Shown here: positions 31,892 through 32,000 of the stretch, one piece after another
Layout of the letters: every line of letters begins with the position of its first letter
Position numbering within the stretch: the stretch's first letter is position 1
Origin: Pyrobaculum calidifontis JCM 11548
Lineage (GTDB): Archaea; Thermoproteota; Thermoprotei; Thermoproteales; Thermoproteaceae
Direction of reading: 5' to 3'
Assembly (NCBI RefSeq): GCF_000015805.1
Contig: NC_009073.1
Span: 450,001 to 482,000, forward strand
Length of the DNA: 32,000 bases
Position numbers and translations under genes: made by a program
Notes under the pieces: generated by a model
The model's database searches: none
Seen by the model: the letters and a program-made list of their open reading frames with translations, nothing else
Told to the model about the DNA's origin: nothing

Positions 31892-32000
31892 GGCCGGGTC
31901 CGCCTACCTGGCCTATCTCTTGAGAGAAAGCGGCGTAGAAGTCGACATATATACCTCTAACCCGGCGGACCCCCTCTTGGACATACCGCCTTTTGAGCCT
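31866..32000 (+). CDS. 5' end of an unidentified gene (runs off the window), possibly a dinucleotide-binding protein
   Basis: ATG31866 opens MRVLIRGLEAGSAYLAYLLRESGVEVDIYTS..., a beta-strand / Gly-rich turn / helix pattern. It overlaps the thyX 3' end by 26 nt. Only 45 codons are visible. Confidence 0.3.
   Translation, partial: MRVLIRGLEAGSAYLAYLLRESGVEVDIYTSNPADPLLDIPPFEP

Noticed and set aside
1-32000. Searched by eye for CRISPR arrays, rRNA, IS/transposase or integrase genes, and long terminal or direct repeats bounding the AT-rich blocks.
   Set aside because: None was recognised. The only regular tandem repeat is the 21-nt coding repeat at 22110-22229.

Overview
High-GC archaeal chromosomal segment (about 55-68% GC by hand counts on sample 60-nt lines). 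It has the hallmarks of a hyperthermophilic crenarchaeon of the Thermoproteales (Pyrobaculum/Thermoproteus-like): a PaREP1-family protein, a tRNA with two introns at non-canonical positions, A/T-rich TATA boxes about 22-27 nt upstream of start codons (leaderless-type genes), chains of 4-nt ATGA/GTGA gene overlaps, ThyX and a class II LysRS. Layout: (i) 123-1882 holds an overlapping ABC-type ATPase plus TOPRIM-like protein pair, a candidate split OLD/PARIS-like defence module. (ii) 1894-17976 is an all-plus-strand surface-glycan locus of about 16 kb with 5 GT2, 3 GT4, a Wzx-like flippase, several polytopic GT-C/Wzy-like membrane proteins and two Dol-P-hexose-synthase-like GT2. It is built from several compositional tiers, including a 18-30% GC foreign block (about 13.5-16.6 kb) and a second AT-rich mosaic block (about 16.9-18.1 kb) that contains an in-frame chimeric GT2. 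(iii) Relics of displaced native genes follow: the 3' end of UDP-glucose 6-dehydrogenase (16622-16808), a 5'-truncated frameshifted APS kinase (18108-18403) and a frameshifted/nonsense ATP sulfurylase (18384-18873). (iv) 18.9-24.7 kb is a gene-poor accessory region around the intron-containing tRNA(CAU). It holds coiled-coil proteins (one with six in-phase 21-nt Trp-heptad repeats fused to a nuclease-like domain), a DUF4143-type ATPase, PaREP1 and an orphan minimal nucleotidyltransferase. (v) 24.7-32 kb is housekeeping: wHTH regulator, erythrin-VIT1 iron transporter, UbiD-family decarboxylase, degenerate MDR-fold protein, LysRS, a processive QxxRW GT2 synthase and ThyX. The plus strand also changes sign of its G+T versus C+A bias across the window, and one transition lies inside the intact lysS gene. 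No CRISPR array, rRNA, transposase or integrase was recognised. All functional calls rest on motif recognition by eye; no database search was run.
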